From contig JACPLZ010000024.1 in the NCBI GenBank assembly GCA_016186245.1, positions 17,941 through 56,511 on the forward strand: a DNA stretch of 38,571 nt, in the 5' to 3' direction. Each line of letters opens with the position of its first letter. The stretch's first letter is position 1. A program made the translations under genes and the position numbers. Under the pieces are notes generated by a model. The model saw only the letters and a program-made list of their open reading frames with translations, did no database searches and was not told where the DNA came from. Source of the stretch: Candidatus Peregrinibacteria bacterium. GTDB lineage: Bacteria > Patescibacteriota > Gracilibacteria > UBA1369 > LOWO2-01-FULL-3. Positions 9,601-18,523 of this stretch are shown piece after piece.

Positions 9601-9877
9601 AATTGTCGTCATGGACAGATTGAGAGAAAGATTGATCCATTCGCCGGAATATTCCCTGGAAGACAACTCCGACATCGCGCTCACCCAGACTTTAAGACGC
9701 TCAATCAATACATCACTGTCGACATTATTGGCGATGCTGCCGATACTTTTCTTTGGCAGCCAGTCAATCTTCTACTTTATTTTGGCGCTCGTCCTTGGAA
9801 TAATCATCGGAACATACTCATCTATCTTTGTGGCCACACCGTTACTGGTATTCTGGAATAAGAAAAAAGCAGACTAA
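6638..9877 (+). CDS. secDF: Fused protein translocase SecDF with inserted parvulin-type PPIase domains
   Basis: LGLDLQGG, RVNRLGVAEP, IGATLG, GMAVDANI, GIDFKGG, HD, GYSVNDTIV..DR.RE; insert SHILIAY...FADLAKTYSDD...GG.L...FEKAA...SGPVKTQFGFHII. Confidence 0.95.
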   Translation: MKKFFNWKTIVIIVFALILGFLDLPGETQKKILPFVPKAITETKFQLGLDLQGGAQLDYKIDLRKVPENDRDSIIDGVQQVIEKRVNRLGVAEPNIYRSDLAGEVHIIVELAENANITQEDIDEYLGENKNVSELSDDEKKRVSLEKAKALVGKTIQLEFKEKKEDTTPDPEEEKKIRSQAEKTLKRITNGTDFAIAGQEETQAYPGKVRYGKSDYTFESNLPDNVKNTLKELQPGETHDEIISTEGSYTVDPQTGTLVEDKGIAIIKLVESKEETKIKKEVDASHILIAYKGAEGAAESVTRSENEAEDIAKDIKKRLDGGESFADLAKTYSDDASNKDKGGILDAPVNDTDNAYVFDFEKAALELEENELSGPVKTQFGFHIIKATKIRTDIKEKQYIYESISYSTAPDPWKETGLTGEHFVHADVQLSPSFVPYVSIQFNEEGARLFEEITARNIKKPVAIFVGGELISWPEVKEKIAGGNAQISGGQGGFTNEEAQQLARDLNTGAIPAPIVLTGEYTIGATLGQEALDKSLKAGAIGLLIVMVFMIIYYRIPGIIASISLLVYGVILLFLLKAQLHLGIALLLALIILGFLVVKIVNNRDSGWEKFLSFILACFGFFFITFLLKTGVVLTVAGISGIIMSLGMAVDANILIFERVKEELREGHKLDAAIQNGFHQAWSAIRDSNFSTLLTCAILFYFGSSIIRGFAFNLAAGILVSMFTAITITRTLLHRFVGTKIGESKKAMGIISDKEKTTIKFTKNSKPWFTLSGILVGASIVAMIVFGLNLGIDFKGGTLLEYKFSEAVTKETLAGAFADIGKELNEEAAPSESSSKTTLETDSSTKIDFEKIQILEAGENSYIIKTKYLTSEQHDKVIEQMEAKLPKFTESRFTTTGPTIGKTLLHKASIAIIFAIVMMVIYVSLAFRKIPKEVNPWRFGVCAIAALIHDVLIVTGIFVVLSQFLNVEIDALFITAMLTVFGYSVNDTIVVMDRLRERLIHSPEYSLEDNSDIALTQTLRRSINTSLSTLLAMLPILFFGSQSIFYFILALVLGIIIGTYSSIFVATPLLVFWNKKKAD

Positions 9878-9909
9878 AGAATCACAATTTGCACCCTGCA
9901 ACTAAACGA

Positions 9910-9941
9910 CCAAGAAAAATTTCCCAGGAAATTTTTCTTGG
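9910..9941. terminator. Perfect hairpin between convergent secDF and tRNA; probable bidirectional terminator
   Basis: CCAAGAAAAATTTCC-CA-GGAAATTTTTCTTGG, a 15-bp inverted repeat. Confidence 0.65.
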
Positions 9942-9954
9942 TATATCATTTTTT

Positions 9955-10031
9955 TGGTGCTCCCGAGAGGATTTGAACCTCTAACCTCCTGGTCCGAAGC
10001 CAGGCGCTCTATCCAGTTGCGCTACGGGAGC
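9955..10031 (-). tRNA. tRNA-Arg(UCG) with encoded CCA
   Basis: Reverse complement GCTCCCGTAGCGCAACTGGATAGAGCGCCTGGCTTCGGACCAGGAGGTTAGAGGTTCAAATCCTCTCGGGAGCACCA; anticodon arm CCTGG-CT TCG GA-CCAGG. Confidence 0.96.
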
Positions 10032-10336
10032 AAGTGCAAAGAAAATATCTATATCTTCATTCCTTATACCTCCAACCAACATCGTTGCCATCGACATTAA
10101 CAACATGTTTTTGTACTTCTACCATACCAATAAGGTTAATAAATAAAGGAGGCAATTGTACTAATTTGCATCAATCCGTACAACTATTCTACACCAACCA
10201 AACCCTGAAACGTTCGGATTTTTCCAGAATCCTATGCTCTCTGTTCAGATTAAACAGATAGGAAAAAATAGTCAAATTACCCAGTAAAGTAAGGTCATGT
10301 CCAAATTGCCTCTTAATTCCTTCATTTTTATGCCTG

Positions 10337-10392
10337 TTTTCCTGTGAATTGTTCATTTTAGGCTTGTTTAAGCCCAAAAGCTTACAGGAAAA
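10337..10392 (-). terminator. Imperfect long hairpin just downstream of the M15 peptidase gene
   Basis: Outer arms TTTTCCTGTGA/TTACAGGAAAA; inner GGCTT-GTTT-AAGCC. Confidence 0.35.
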
Positions 10393-10402
10393 TCACAAAT
10401 TG

Positions 10403-11704
10403 TCAAGCCTCTCTCTCCTTCATTTTCCGTTCCCGTCTTGCCAATGCAACCTGCCTGAAAATTCCAGGATTCATTTCTCCCATGGAAAAATGTCCTCTAT
10501 CATTCTCAATACCGCCAACAAGTCCATATGCCTGCAAATACGGCTCGGCCATCTCCCAGTTTTGTATATCAACCGCCAATCCTTTCTCATGAAAAGATTT
10601 TCCAGGAGGAGCAGCTAAAGAATGACCTCCGGTTCCGGAAGGCTGCGAATCATCCGTATATCCAAATTCTTCACGTATTTCCCGCTGCTCCTCCACTGAC
10701 CGATAATCACTTATCACCACCAGATGCTCTCCGGTAGCAATATAAAAATCCCTATCTGCCAGCCTCAAAGCCATCAGCACCACAGGCTGCGCAGTTACAG
10801 GCCGACCGCCAATTATATCCGTCCTCACCGGATCATCCGGCAGATTATTTTCATTGAAATTTTCAACAGAAGAAAAAACATCGGGCTTTTCCATATCCTC
10901 AGCCTTAAACTCAAAATTAACCGCAGATGCATATTCTTTAACCACATCAATCCATAAAGTTTTATCCAACCCGGGAAAATACTTTTTCAGACCATTCAGG
11001 GCAAATCCCAAAAAAACCGGATTATAATGCCCTCCCTGCACAGTATCGCCAAAACCATAAGACGCTTCGATATTTTGCAGAATCATCGCAGCAACTTCAA
11101 CGAATTCCCTCACATTGCCTTTAAAGCCAGCCTTTCCTTCTCCGGCCTTTTTCAAAAAAGCCGCAAGAATATAACCATCCACGACAAAATCCTCGCCAAT
11201 GCTCCTCTCAACACCGCCAAAAGATTTTCCAAATTTTTCCTTATACTCAGCCGCCGCCGAATATTCATCCTCAATCGCCATCACCGTAATATCCAGTTTA
11301 TTCCACATCGTCAGATATTCGCCGCCGCAAAAAAATCCCTGATTGCCGCGGCGTTCATAAACATCCCCATCCCACTTCACAGCACGAACACCGTAAGGCA
11401 GCATATCTTCCACTCTTGTCTGATACGATAAAGCAATATTTTCTTTAAAATCCAGAATGAATCTATCGCCTACAACAGGCTTTGTTCCAGGCTTAAACCC
11501 GGCCACTAAAGCCAATCTCCCTTCCCATCCAAGCCGAAAAAATTTCTCCGGTTTCACGGATGAAATATCCCGGGAAATCAACTCCTTTGCCACTTCTCCG
11601 GACACCATATCCTTGGCCGGCTGTACCAGACTCATCGCCAGTTTATCCGCCTCGGACAAAGGAATCGCTTCCGGTCGTTTTACCGATTCAATTGTATTGT
11701 TCAT
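10403..11704 (-). CDS. Protein with C-terminal M15-family Zn peptidase (VanY/D,D-carboxypeptidase or L,D-endopeptidase-like) and unknown N-terminal region
   Basis: SDYRSVEEQ, AAPPGKSFHEKGLAVDI (SxHxxGxAxD), DRGHF; TGcTATAAT promoter upstream. Confidence 0.85.
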   Translation of the reverse strand: MNNTIESVKRPEAIPLSEADKLAMSLVQPAKDMVSGEVAKELISRDISSVKPEKFFRLGWEGRLALVAGFKPGTKPVVGDRFILDFKENIALSYQTRVEDMLPYGVRAVKWDGDVYERRGNQGFFCGGEYLTMWNKLDITVMAIEDEYSAAAEYKEKFGKSFGGVERSIGEDFVVDGYILAAFLKKAGEGKAGFKGNVREFVEVAAMILQNIEASYGFGDTVQGGHYNPVFLGFALNGLKKYFPGLDKTLWIDVVKEYASAVNFEFKAEDMEKPDVFSSVENFNENNLPDDPVRTDIIGGRPVTAQPVVLMALRLADRDFYIATGEHLVVISDYRSVEEQREIREEFGYTDDSQPSGTGGHSLAAPPGKSFHEKGLAVDIQNWEMAEPYLQAYGLVGGIENDRGHFSMGEMNPGIFRQVALARRERKMKEREA

Positions 11705-11776
11705 AAATTTTTACAAAATCCCACAATTATAGCAAAAAAAGACATGTTTTTCAATTAGGTATGCTATATTTCCCGC

Positions 11777-13753
11777 ATGAAATTCGCCGAAATCGTTTTT
11801 CAGAAAAAAACCGTACTTACCTATTCGATTCCCGGCAAGATGGAACTTTTAACAGGCCAGCTTGTCAAAGTGCCTTTGAGAAAAAAAATTGAGAACGGAC
11901 TTGTCTGGAAAATTCACGACAGCAAACCGGAATTTAAGACCCTGGCAATACAGGAAATCATCGATGCAAAACCGCATCTTTCCGCGACACAGATACGGCT
12001 TATTGAATGGATGGAAAAATATTATTTTTGCCAATTATATAAAATCCTAAAATTATTCATTCCAAAAAGAATTTTCGAACAAAAATTTTTCAGGAAAAAA
12101 TCCGCCGCAGAAAAACTTCAAGCCCAATCCACAATTCAAAAAAATCCGCAAAAAAAATTAACAGATGAACAAAATCAGGCGCTCAAGAAAATTCTCACCG
12201 AAAAATCCAACAAATCCCTGCTGCACGGCATAACCGGCTCAGGTAAAACGGAAATTTATGCGCGGCTGGCCGAACATTTTATCGCCAAAAATAAACAGGT
12301 TTTAATTTTAGTACCGGAAATTTCCCTCACTCCACAGACAATCGGCTACTTCGAAAACGCCCTCGGATCAAAAGCGACAGTCATTCACAGTAAAATTTCC
12401 GAAGGAGAAAGATTCCAGGCCTGGACGGAAATATGGCAGGGAAAAGCCAAATTTGTCATCGGTTCGCGCTCGGCAATCTTTTGCCCTTTTCAAAATCTGG
12501 GAGCCATCATCATCGACGAGGAGCACGAACATTCCTACAAACAGGAACAAAGTCCCCGCTACACAGTCCACAAAATCGCCGAAAAAATCCTGGAATTTCA
12601 GCCGGAAATAAAAATCATTCTTGGCTCCGCAACCCCGAACATTGAAACACTTGAAGAATTTAAAGACAGCACCATTTTTTTAACAAAACGTATCGGCGAT
12701 TTGCAGCTTCCAGATGTCGAAATCATCGATCTCAGGGAAGAATTCAAAAAGAAAAATAAGTCCATTTTCAGCGAAAAATTACAGACCGAAATCCAAAAAA
12801 CTCTCGACGCCAAAGAACAGATAATTTTATTTATCAACCGCCGAGGAGCAGCTTCATCGGTGGTTTGCAGGGATTGCGGTTACACCGAAAAATGCCCCAA
12901 TTGCGAATTGCCTCTTACGTATCACGCCTCCACCTTAAGCACTCCCGGCCTTATCTGCCACCACTGCGGAAAAATCGCGCAGGCGCCATCGACATGCAAA
13001 ACCTGCCAGGGCGGCAACATCCGCTTTCTTGGCATCGGCACGCAAAAAATCGAAAGTGAATTATTGAAAGAATTTCCTGGCATAAAAGTTTTACGCGCCG
13101 ACAAAGACACCACTTCCCGCAAAAACAGTTTTGAAAAAATATACCGCGACTTTAAAAACGGCCAGGCAGACGTGCTTATCGGCACACAGATGATTGCCAA
13201 AGGCCTGCACATGCCAAAAGTCCGGCTGGTCGGCGTGATCCTGGCGGATATTGGCTTGAATATCCCGGATTTCCGCGCCGCCGAAAGAAATTTTCAGCTC
13301 ATGACACAAGTTGCCGGACGCGCCGGACGGAGCAACAGACAAGGAAAAGTGATTATCCAGACTTATAACCCGGGACACGTTTCCCTGCTCTGCACAAAAA
13401 ATCATGACTACACCGGATTTATGAATTACGAACGGACACAGCGGCAAATTCTAAAAAATCCCCCATTCAGCCGACTCGCCAAAATAACGGTTGAGAATAA
13501 AATCTTGAAGAACTGCCGCGAGGAAAGCGAAAAAATCGACAATCTCCTCTGGAAACTTGCCCGCGAAAACAACCTCACCGACAATCTCGAAATCAATAAT
13601 TATCCTGCATATATCATGCGGCTTCACGGAAAATATCGCCACATTCTTCTCATCAAATCCCCCGCCCCTCACACTCTTTTGGAAAAATTGCCGGAAGAAT
13701 ATATAATGGCCGCAAATATCAAGATAGATGTTGATCCAATCCAGGTAACATGA
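11777..13753 (+). CDS. priA: Primosomal protein N' (replication restart helicase)
   Basis: LLHGITGSGKTE, LVPEISLT, DEEHE.SYKQ, four CxxC motifs, GTQMIAKG, QVAGRAGR. Confidence 0.97.
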   Translation: MKFAEIVFQKKTVLTYSIPGKMELLTGQLVKVPLRKKIENGLVWKIHDSKPEFKTLAIQEIIDAKPHLSATQIRLIEWMEKYYFCQLYKILKLFIPKRIFEQKFFRKKSAAEKLQAQSTIQKNPQKKLTDEQNQALKKILTEKSNKSLLHGITGSGKTEIYARLAEHFIAKNKQVLILVPEISLTPQTIGYFENALGSKATVIHSKISEGERFQAWTEIWQGKAKFVIGSRSAIFCPFQNLGAIIIDEEHEHSYKQEQSPRYTVHKIAEKILEFQPEIKIILGSATPNIETLEEFKDSTIFLTKRIGDLQLPDVEIIDLREEFKKKNKSIFSEKLQTEIQKTLDAKEQIILFINRRGAASSVVCRDCGYTEKCPNCELPLTYHASTLSTPGLICHHCGKIAQAPSTCKTCQGGNIRFLGIGTQKIESELLKEFPGIKVLRADKDTTSRKNSFEKIYRDFKNGQADVLIGTQMIAKGLHMPKVRLVGVILADIGLNIPDFRAAERNFQLMTQVAGRAGRSNRQGKVIIQTYNPGHVSLLCTKNHDYTGFMNYERTQRQILKNPPFSRLAKITVENKILKNCREESEKIDNLLWKLARENNLTDNLEINNYPAYIMRLHGKYRHILLIKSPAPHTLLEKLPEEYIMAANIKIDVDPIQVT

Positions 13754-14718
13754 AAAGAATTCTCTCCGGCGTACAACCCAGCGGCAAACCGCACCTTGGC
13801 AATTATCTCGGCGCAATGCGGCAGCACATCGAAATGCAGAAAGATTTTGAATGTTATCTTTTTATCGCTGACCTCCACGCATTGACCACCGTCCGCGATC
13901 CCGAATTAATGCGCAAACAAACTTATGACTTGGCGGTGTCCTACCTCGCCCTCGGCCTCGATCCGGAAAAAACCGTTTTTTTCCGACACTCTGATCTGCC
14001 CGAGCACACGGAATTATGCTGGATTTTGGATTGCATTATAAAAATGCCGTTTCTGGAACGCGCTCACGCCTGGAAAGACGCCCAGGAAAAGGGCCGCAAA
14101 GAAACCACAGTCGGCCTTTTTAATTACCCTGTTTTGCAGGCTGCAGACATTTTGCTGTATCAGCCGGATCTTGTGCCGGTCGGCCAGGATCAGAAACAGC
14201 ACGTGGAAATGACCCGCGACATCGCCATCACTTTTAATAATATTTTTGGTGAAGTTTTTAAACTGCCTGAGCCGTTTATCAAAGAAGAAGTTGCCGTCGT
14301 ACCTGGCACCGACAGCCAGAAGATGAGCAAATCTTACGGCAACACCATTGATATTTTTGCTGAAGAATCGGAGCTCAAAAAACAAGTTATGAGCATAGTT
14401 ACAGACTCCACTCCGCTGGAAAAACCTAAGGATCCGGGAAAATGCAATGTTTTCAAACTGTACAAACTCATTGCCGATAAAAAGTCCGTGAAAGACCTGG
14501 AACAAAAATATCGCAAAGGCGGTTTTGGTTACGGCGACGCAAAAAAATTGCTACTCAAAACAATCCTCAATCACTTTGCAGACGCCCGCGAACGCTACAA
14601 AGAGCTGACCCCCAAGAAAAAACTCATCCACGAAATCCTTGAAAACGGCGCCAAAATAGCAAAAAAAGTCGCCGCGGAAACACTGGAAAAAGTGAAGAAA
14701 AAGGTTGGATACCGATAA
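13750..14718 (+). CDS. trpS: Tryptophan--tRNA ligase
   Basis: SGVQPSGKPHLGNYLGA, YPVLQAADIL, VPVGQDQKQH, KMSKS. Confidence 0.97.
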   Translation: MKRILSGVQPSGKPHLGNYLGAMRQHIEMQKDFECYLFIADLHALTTVRDPELMRKQTYDLAVSYLALGLDPEKTVFFRHSDLPEHTELCWILDCIIKMPFLERAHAWKDAQEKGRKETTVGLFNYPVLQAADILLYQPDLVPVGQDQKQHVEMTRDIAITFNNIFGEVFKLPEPFIKEEVAVVPGTDSQKMSKSYGNTIDIFAEESELKKQVMSIVTDSTPLEKPKDPGKCNVFKLYKLIADKKSVKDLEQKYRKGGFGYGDAKKLLLKTILNHFADARERYKELTPKKKLIHEILENGAKIAKKVAAETLEKVKKKVGYR

Positions 14719-14764
14719 ACAAAGCCAGATTTTACAGGTGACGAATGAAACATCTCAAAAAGAC

Positions 14765-14813
14765 TTGATTTCGCAATACAATCCCAGCTATACTTAAAGT
14801 AAGATTATCTTAC
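14765..14813 (+). promoter_or_regulatory. TA promoter and palindromic operator
   Basis: TTGATT-N18-TATACT followed by the palindrome GTAAGAT-T-ATCTTAC (14799-14813) across the expected transcription start. Confidence 0.65.
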
Positions 14814-14823
14814 CTCACAATTT

Positions 14824-15093
14824 ATGACCCAAGTACAAGTCACCAGCATTTCTTCAAAAGGCCAGGTCGTCATACCCAGCAATATCCGTGAAACAATGGG
14901 TATAGCAATAGGCACAAAAATGATCATATTTACTGATGGCGACAATTTACTCCTAAAACCAATTCAAGCACCACATTTTGAAACCTTTAAAAAACTGGTG
15001 AAAGAAAGCAAACAACTTATCACAAAAACCGGCTTCAAAAAGACAAATATACAAAAGCTGATAAAACAAGTGCGTAATGAAAATCATTCTTGA
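14824..15093 (+). CDS. AbrB/MazE/SpoVT-family antitoxin
   Basis: SISSKGQVVIPSNIRETMGIAIG; overlaps the downstream PIN gene. Confidence 0.9.
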   Translation: MTQVQVTSISSKGQVVIPSNIRETMGIAIGTKMIIFTDGDNLLLKPIQAPHFETFKKLVKESKQLITKTGFKKTNIQKLIKQVRNENHS

Positions 15094-15478
15094 TACCAAC
15101 GTTTTTATATCAGGTATTTTCTGGAGCGGGTCTCCGCATCAGGTAGTCGCGCTTTGGGCTTTGAATAAAATTCACCTCATCGTCACCAAAAAGATTTTGA
15201 GTGAATATCTTCACATACTACATAAAATTGACTCTAAAGGAGATATCGCCAAAAAATGGGGCACTTTTGTTCTCGAAAATTCCCAAATCCTTGAAGATAA
15301 AGAATTGGTAAAGATTTGTAGAGATACCGAAGACAATAAATTTCTAAATTGTGCGATTATAGGTAGAGCAGATTACCTCGTCAGCGGAGATGACGACCTG
15401 CTTTGTCTTAAAAAGATTGGATCAACAAAAATTATCACTCCATCCAAATTTTTAAAAATACATGGAAAGCAACGCTAA
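15077..15478 (+). CDS. PIN-domain (VapC-like) toxin
   Basis: ILDTNVFISG, E, CRDTEDNKFL, DYLVSGDDDLL acidic catalytic set. Confidence 0.9.
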   Translation: MKIILDTNVFISGIFWSGSPHQVVALWALNKIHLIVTKKILSEYLHILHKIDSKGDIAKKWGTFVLENSQILEDKELVKICRDTEDNKFLNCAIIGRADYLVSGDDDLLCLKKIGSTKIITPSKFLKIHGKQR

Positions 15479-15506
15479 TGCTTCATTCCAACCTCTCAGA
15501 TTTCAT

Positions 15507-15535
15507 TTGCACTTTTGAACACCTTCATCTAGATT
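15507..15535 (+). promoter_or_regulatory. Sigma70 promoter for pyrG
   Basis: TTGCAC-N17-TAGATT, 10 nt before the ATG. Confidence 0.5.
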
Positions 15536-15545
15536 AACTAGGTTA

Positions 15546-17162
15546 ATGTGCAAATATATCTTTGTCACCGGAGGCGTATGCAGTTCATTAGGTAAGGGAA
15601 TAGCCAGCGCATCGATCGGAGCACTGCTCAAAGCCACAGGGCTGAAAGTGTTCACACAGAAGCTGGATCCTTACCTCAATGTCGACCCCGGAACAATGAG
15701 CCCCTTTCAGCACGGCGAAGTTTTTGTCACAGACGATGGCGGCGAAACCGATCTCGATCTCGGACATTATGAAAGATTTATCGACACAAATCTTTCCAAA
15801 CTTTCCTCCGTAACTACCGGAAAAATTTATGGCGAAGTTTTAGAAAAAGAAAGAAAAGGCAATTTTCTCGGCCGCACCATTCAGATAATCCCGCATATCA
15901 CCAATGCCATTCAGGAAAAAATCACACAGGCCGCAAAGGAAAGTGATTGCGATGTGATGATGATAGAAATCGGCGGCACTGTCGGCGATATCGAAGGTCT
16001 GCCATTTCTAGAAGCAATCAGGCAGATGCGCTATAAACTCGGCCAGGAAAATACTTTTTTTATTCACCTAACTCTGCTTCCGTATCTTGGAGCCTCAAAA
16101 GAGCTCAAGACAAAGCCAACTCAGGCATCCGTCCGCGAGCTGCGCTCTATCGGAATCCAGCCGGATATGATCCTCACAAGAGCAGATTACCCGATTAAAA
16201 AGGAACTGCTACAAAAAATCGCGCTGTTTTGCGATGTGGAAGAAAATTATGTAATTCCGGCACAGACAGTCAACTCGATTTATGAGGTTCCTTTGAACCT
16301 CGAAAAATACAAAATCACTGGACTCATCGCAAAAAAACTGCAACTTAAAAAAATCAAACCTGATCTCAGAGAATGGAAATCGCTTGTCAAAAAAATCCGC
16401 ACCAAGAAACCGGCGCTTAAAATCGCTCTTGTCGGAAAATACACCGGCCTCGATGATGCCTACTTGAGTGTTATTGAGTCATTAAAAATCGCCTGCTACC
16501 ATGCCAATCGCGAACCAAAAATCATCTGGATTTCTTCGGAAAAACTGGAGAAAAAAGACCGTAAATCCATGAGAGATCTCCGCAGCGTAGACGGCATAGT
16601 CGTACCTGGAGGCTTTGGCATAAGAGGAATAGAAGGCAAAATCATGGCCGCAAATTACGCCAGAGAAAATCAAATTCCATATCTTGGTCTTTGTCTTGGA
16701 ATGCAGATCATGACCATCGAGTTTGCCCGCACAACGCTAAAAAATGATCAAATTACATCGGAAGAATTCGATGAAGAAAAAAAACTCGACCCCGAAAATT
16801 ATGTGATTAACTTCCTTCCAGGACAATCTCACGAAAGAGAAAAAGGCGGCACCTTAAGACTTGGCTTATATCCTTGCAAAATCAAAGAAGGAACAAAAAC
16901 ATGGCAGCTTTACAAACAACCGCTCATCCACGAACGCCATCGCCATCGTTATGAAATAAACAACAATTATCGTGACAGACTGGAAAAAGCCGGAATGATT
17001 TTTTCCGGTATCTACCCAAAAGAGAACCTGGTAGAAATCGCTGAAATCAAGGATCATCCATTCATGATCGGCTGTCAATTCCACCCGGAATTCAAATCGC
17101 GCCCATTCAAACCATATCCCCTGTTCATAGGCTTCATAGAAGCAGCCAAAAAAACAAAATAA
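15546..17162 (+). CDS. pyrG: CTP synthase
   Basis: KYIFVTGGV.SSLGKG, KLDPYLNVDPGTMSPFQHGEV, GLCLGMQ, ERHRHRYE, QFHPE. Confidence 0.98.
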   Translation: MCKYIFVTGGVCSSLGKGIASASIGALLKATGLKVFTQKLDPYLNVDPGTMSPFQHGEVFVTDDGGETDLDLGHYERFIDTNLSKLSSVTTGKIYGEVLEKERKGNFLGRTIQIIPHITNAIQEKITQAAKESDCDVMMIEIGGTVGDIEGLPFLEAIRQMRYKLGQENTFFIHLTLLPYLGASKELKTKPTQASVRELRSIGIQPDMILTRADYPIKKELLQKIALFCDVEENYVIPAQTVNSIYEVPLNLEKYKITGLIAKKLQLKKIKPDLREWKSLVKKIRTKKPALKIALVGKYTGLDDAYLSVIESLKIACYHANREPKIIWISSEKLEKKDRKSMRDLRSVDGIVVPGGFGIRGIEGKIMAANYARENQIPYLGLCLGMQIMTIEFARTTLKNDQITSEEFDEEKKLDPENYVINFLPGQSHEREKGGTLRLGLYPCKIKEGTKTWQLYKQPLIHERHRHRYEINNNYRDRLEKAGMIFSGIYPKENLVEIAEIKDHPFMIGCQFHPEFKSRPFKPYPLFIGFIEAAKKTK

Positions 17163-17163
17163 C

Positions 17164-18522
17164 ATGACATTTTTCAAATACACTGTCGCCAACAAGGAAG
17201 GGAAAAAATTGAGCGGGACAGTCGAGGGACCGGATGAACAGACAGCCCGCGCAGAGCTCAATAATCTCGGTTTTTCCATAATCGCGCTGCAGGAAACCCA
17301 GGAAATCACCCAACCGATAACCGGTAAAAAATTTATTTTCGAGGCCATTGATAAAAGCGGCCAACTGATCAGCGGCACCATTCCGGCGCCAAACGAAGAT
17401 GAAGCTTTCTCCAAACTGCAAGAGGAATACAGCCTTACCATAAGCGCTATTTGGGTCGAAGGTTCCAACGAAAAAGATATCACCGCAGCCCGTCAAAAAT
17501 ATGAACAATTTACCAGCAAAACCCTGGAACATCAGGAAAAAAGAAGGCTTGAGGAACAAAAACACGATCAGATTGTCCGGACAAAAATAGAAAATGTCCT
17601 CCATGAAGTACACCAGCTCCTGGAAATTTTTGAAAACGATTTTGAAACGCCTCAAAAACTGGAAATCAACAAAAAAATCGACAAACTTTTAAGAATAAAA
17701 AACAGCACCAATCTAGAATATATCCTTGAAACTGCAAATGATCTGTTGGAATTCATTCAAAATCAGGAAAAAGTTCTGGCAAAAAAAGGGCTGGATGAAA
17801 AGAAATTCCAGCTCAAACTGGAAACAAAAAAAATGCTTGATGAATTGAATGCGGATCCGGATGCAATAACACTGTCGGAAGACATTCTTAACAAAATTCG
17901 CGGCTGGAAAGAAAAACACATAGGAGATAATAAGCCGCCGACGCAGACAACAAGGCTGATCAATCGTATTCTTGATCGCATCAAAACGTTCTTTGAAACA
18001 CCGCCGGAAATTCAGAGAATAAAAAATCAGATACACGCGTATAACAAGCAGATATGGGCATTTATCCAGCTTTACTTTAAAGAATCGACGCCGGAATACC
18101 GCAACAAGGTGAAAAACAGCATCAAGGCGGTTTTGCAGCAAAAGAAAAAAGCCAAACATGTACTCGCATACATTAAACAAATCCGCAAAGAAAAAAAGAA
18201 AACAGTCTCTGAAGAGAGCGAAAATTTACTGTTTTCTCTTACCGAAGAAATCAATCTTTTTACCGGATGGGTACTGGCATTTTACATCATGTATTATTTT
18301 GCATCGCTCTATATCAGCACGAAAAACTTCGGCCTGGCCCAAATTCCGGCAGGCTTCCAGATTTATGACAGCAAAATTTTCAAATACGCCCTGGTAGTCA
18401 TTTTTTTTCTGCACGCCGCCACTGCGTTAAAGCTCAATTTCTTCCTCAGAAACAGGATTGCAAGTATGATAATTGCACCGGTTTTCTTAATCACAACAGT
18501 AATTACACTTTTTAATTTCTGA
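17164..18522 (+). CDS. Membrane protein with two tandem PilC/GspF N-terminal-like domains, a helical middle and about 3 C-terminal TM segments
   Basis: FKYTVANKEGKKLSGTVEGPDEQTARAELNNLG and FIFEAIDKSGQLISGTIPAPNEDEAFSKLQEEY; hydrophobic C-terminus. Confidence 0.7.
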   Translation: MTFFKYTVANKEGKKLSGTVEGPDEQTARAELNNLGFSIIALQETQEITQPITGKKFIFEAIDKSGQLISGTIPAPNEDEAFSKLQEEYSLTISAIWVEGSNEKDITAARQKYEQFTSKTLEHQEKRRLEEQKHDQIVRTKIENVLHEVHQLLEIFENDFETPQKLEINKKIDKLLRIKNSTNLEYILETANDLLEFIQNQEKVLAKKGLDEKKFQLKLETKKMLDELNADPDAITLSEDILNKIRGWKEKHIGDNKPPTQTTRLINRILDRIKTFFETPPEIQRIKNQIHAYNKQIWAFIQLYFKESTPEYRNKVKNSIKAVLQQKKKAKHVLAYIKQIRKEKKKTVSEESENLLFSLTEEINLFTGWVLAFYIMYYFASLYISTKNFGLAQIPAGFQIYDSKIFKYALVVIFFLHAATALKLNFFLRNRIASMIIAPVFLITTVITLFNF

Positions 18523-18523
18523 C

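Noticed and set aside
10034..10618. Short ORFs (75, 62 and 89 aa) near the tRNA
   Set aside because: Non-ATG or weak starts, atypical composition, and one overlaps the M15 gene.
9955..11704. Prophage or island integrated at tRNA-Arg
   Set aside because: No integrase, no duplicated tRNA 3' end seen, and no phage genes; the M15 peptidase alone is insufficient.
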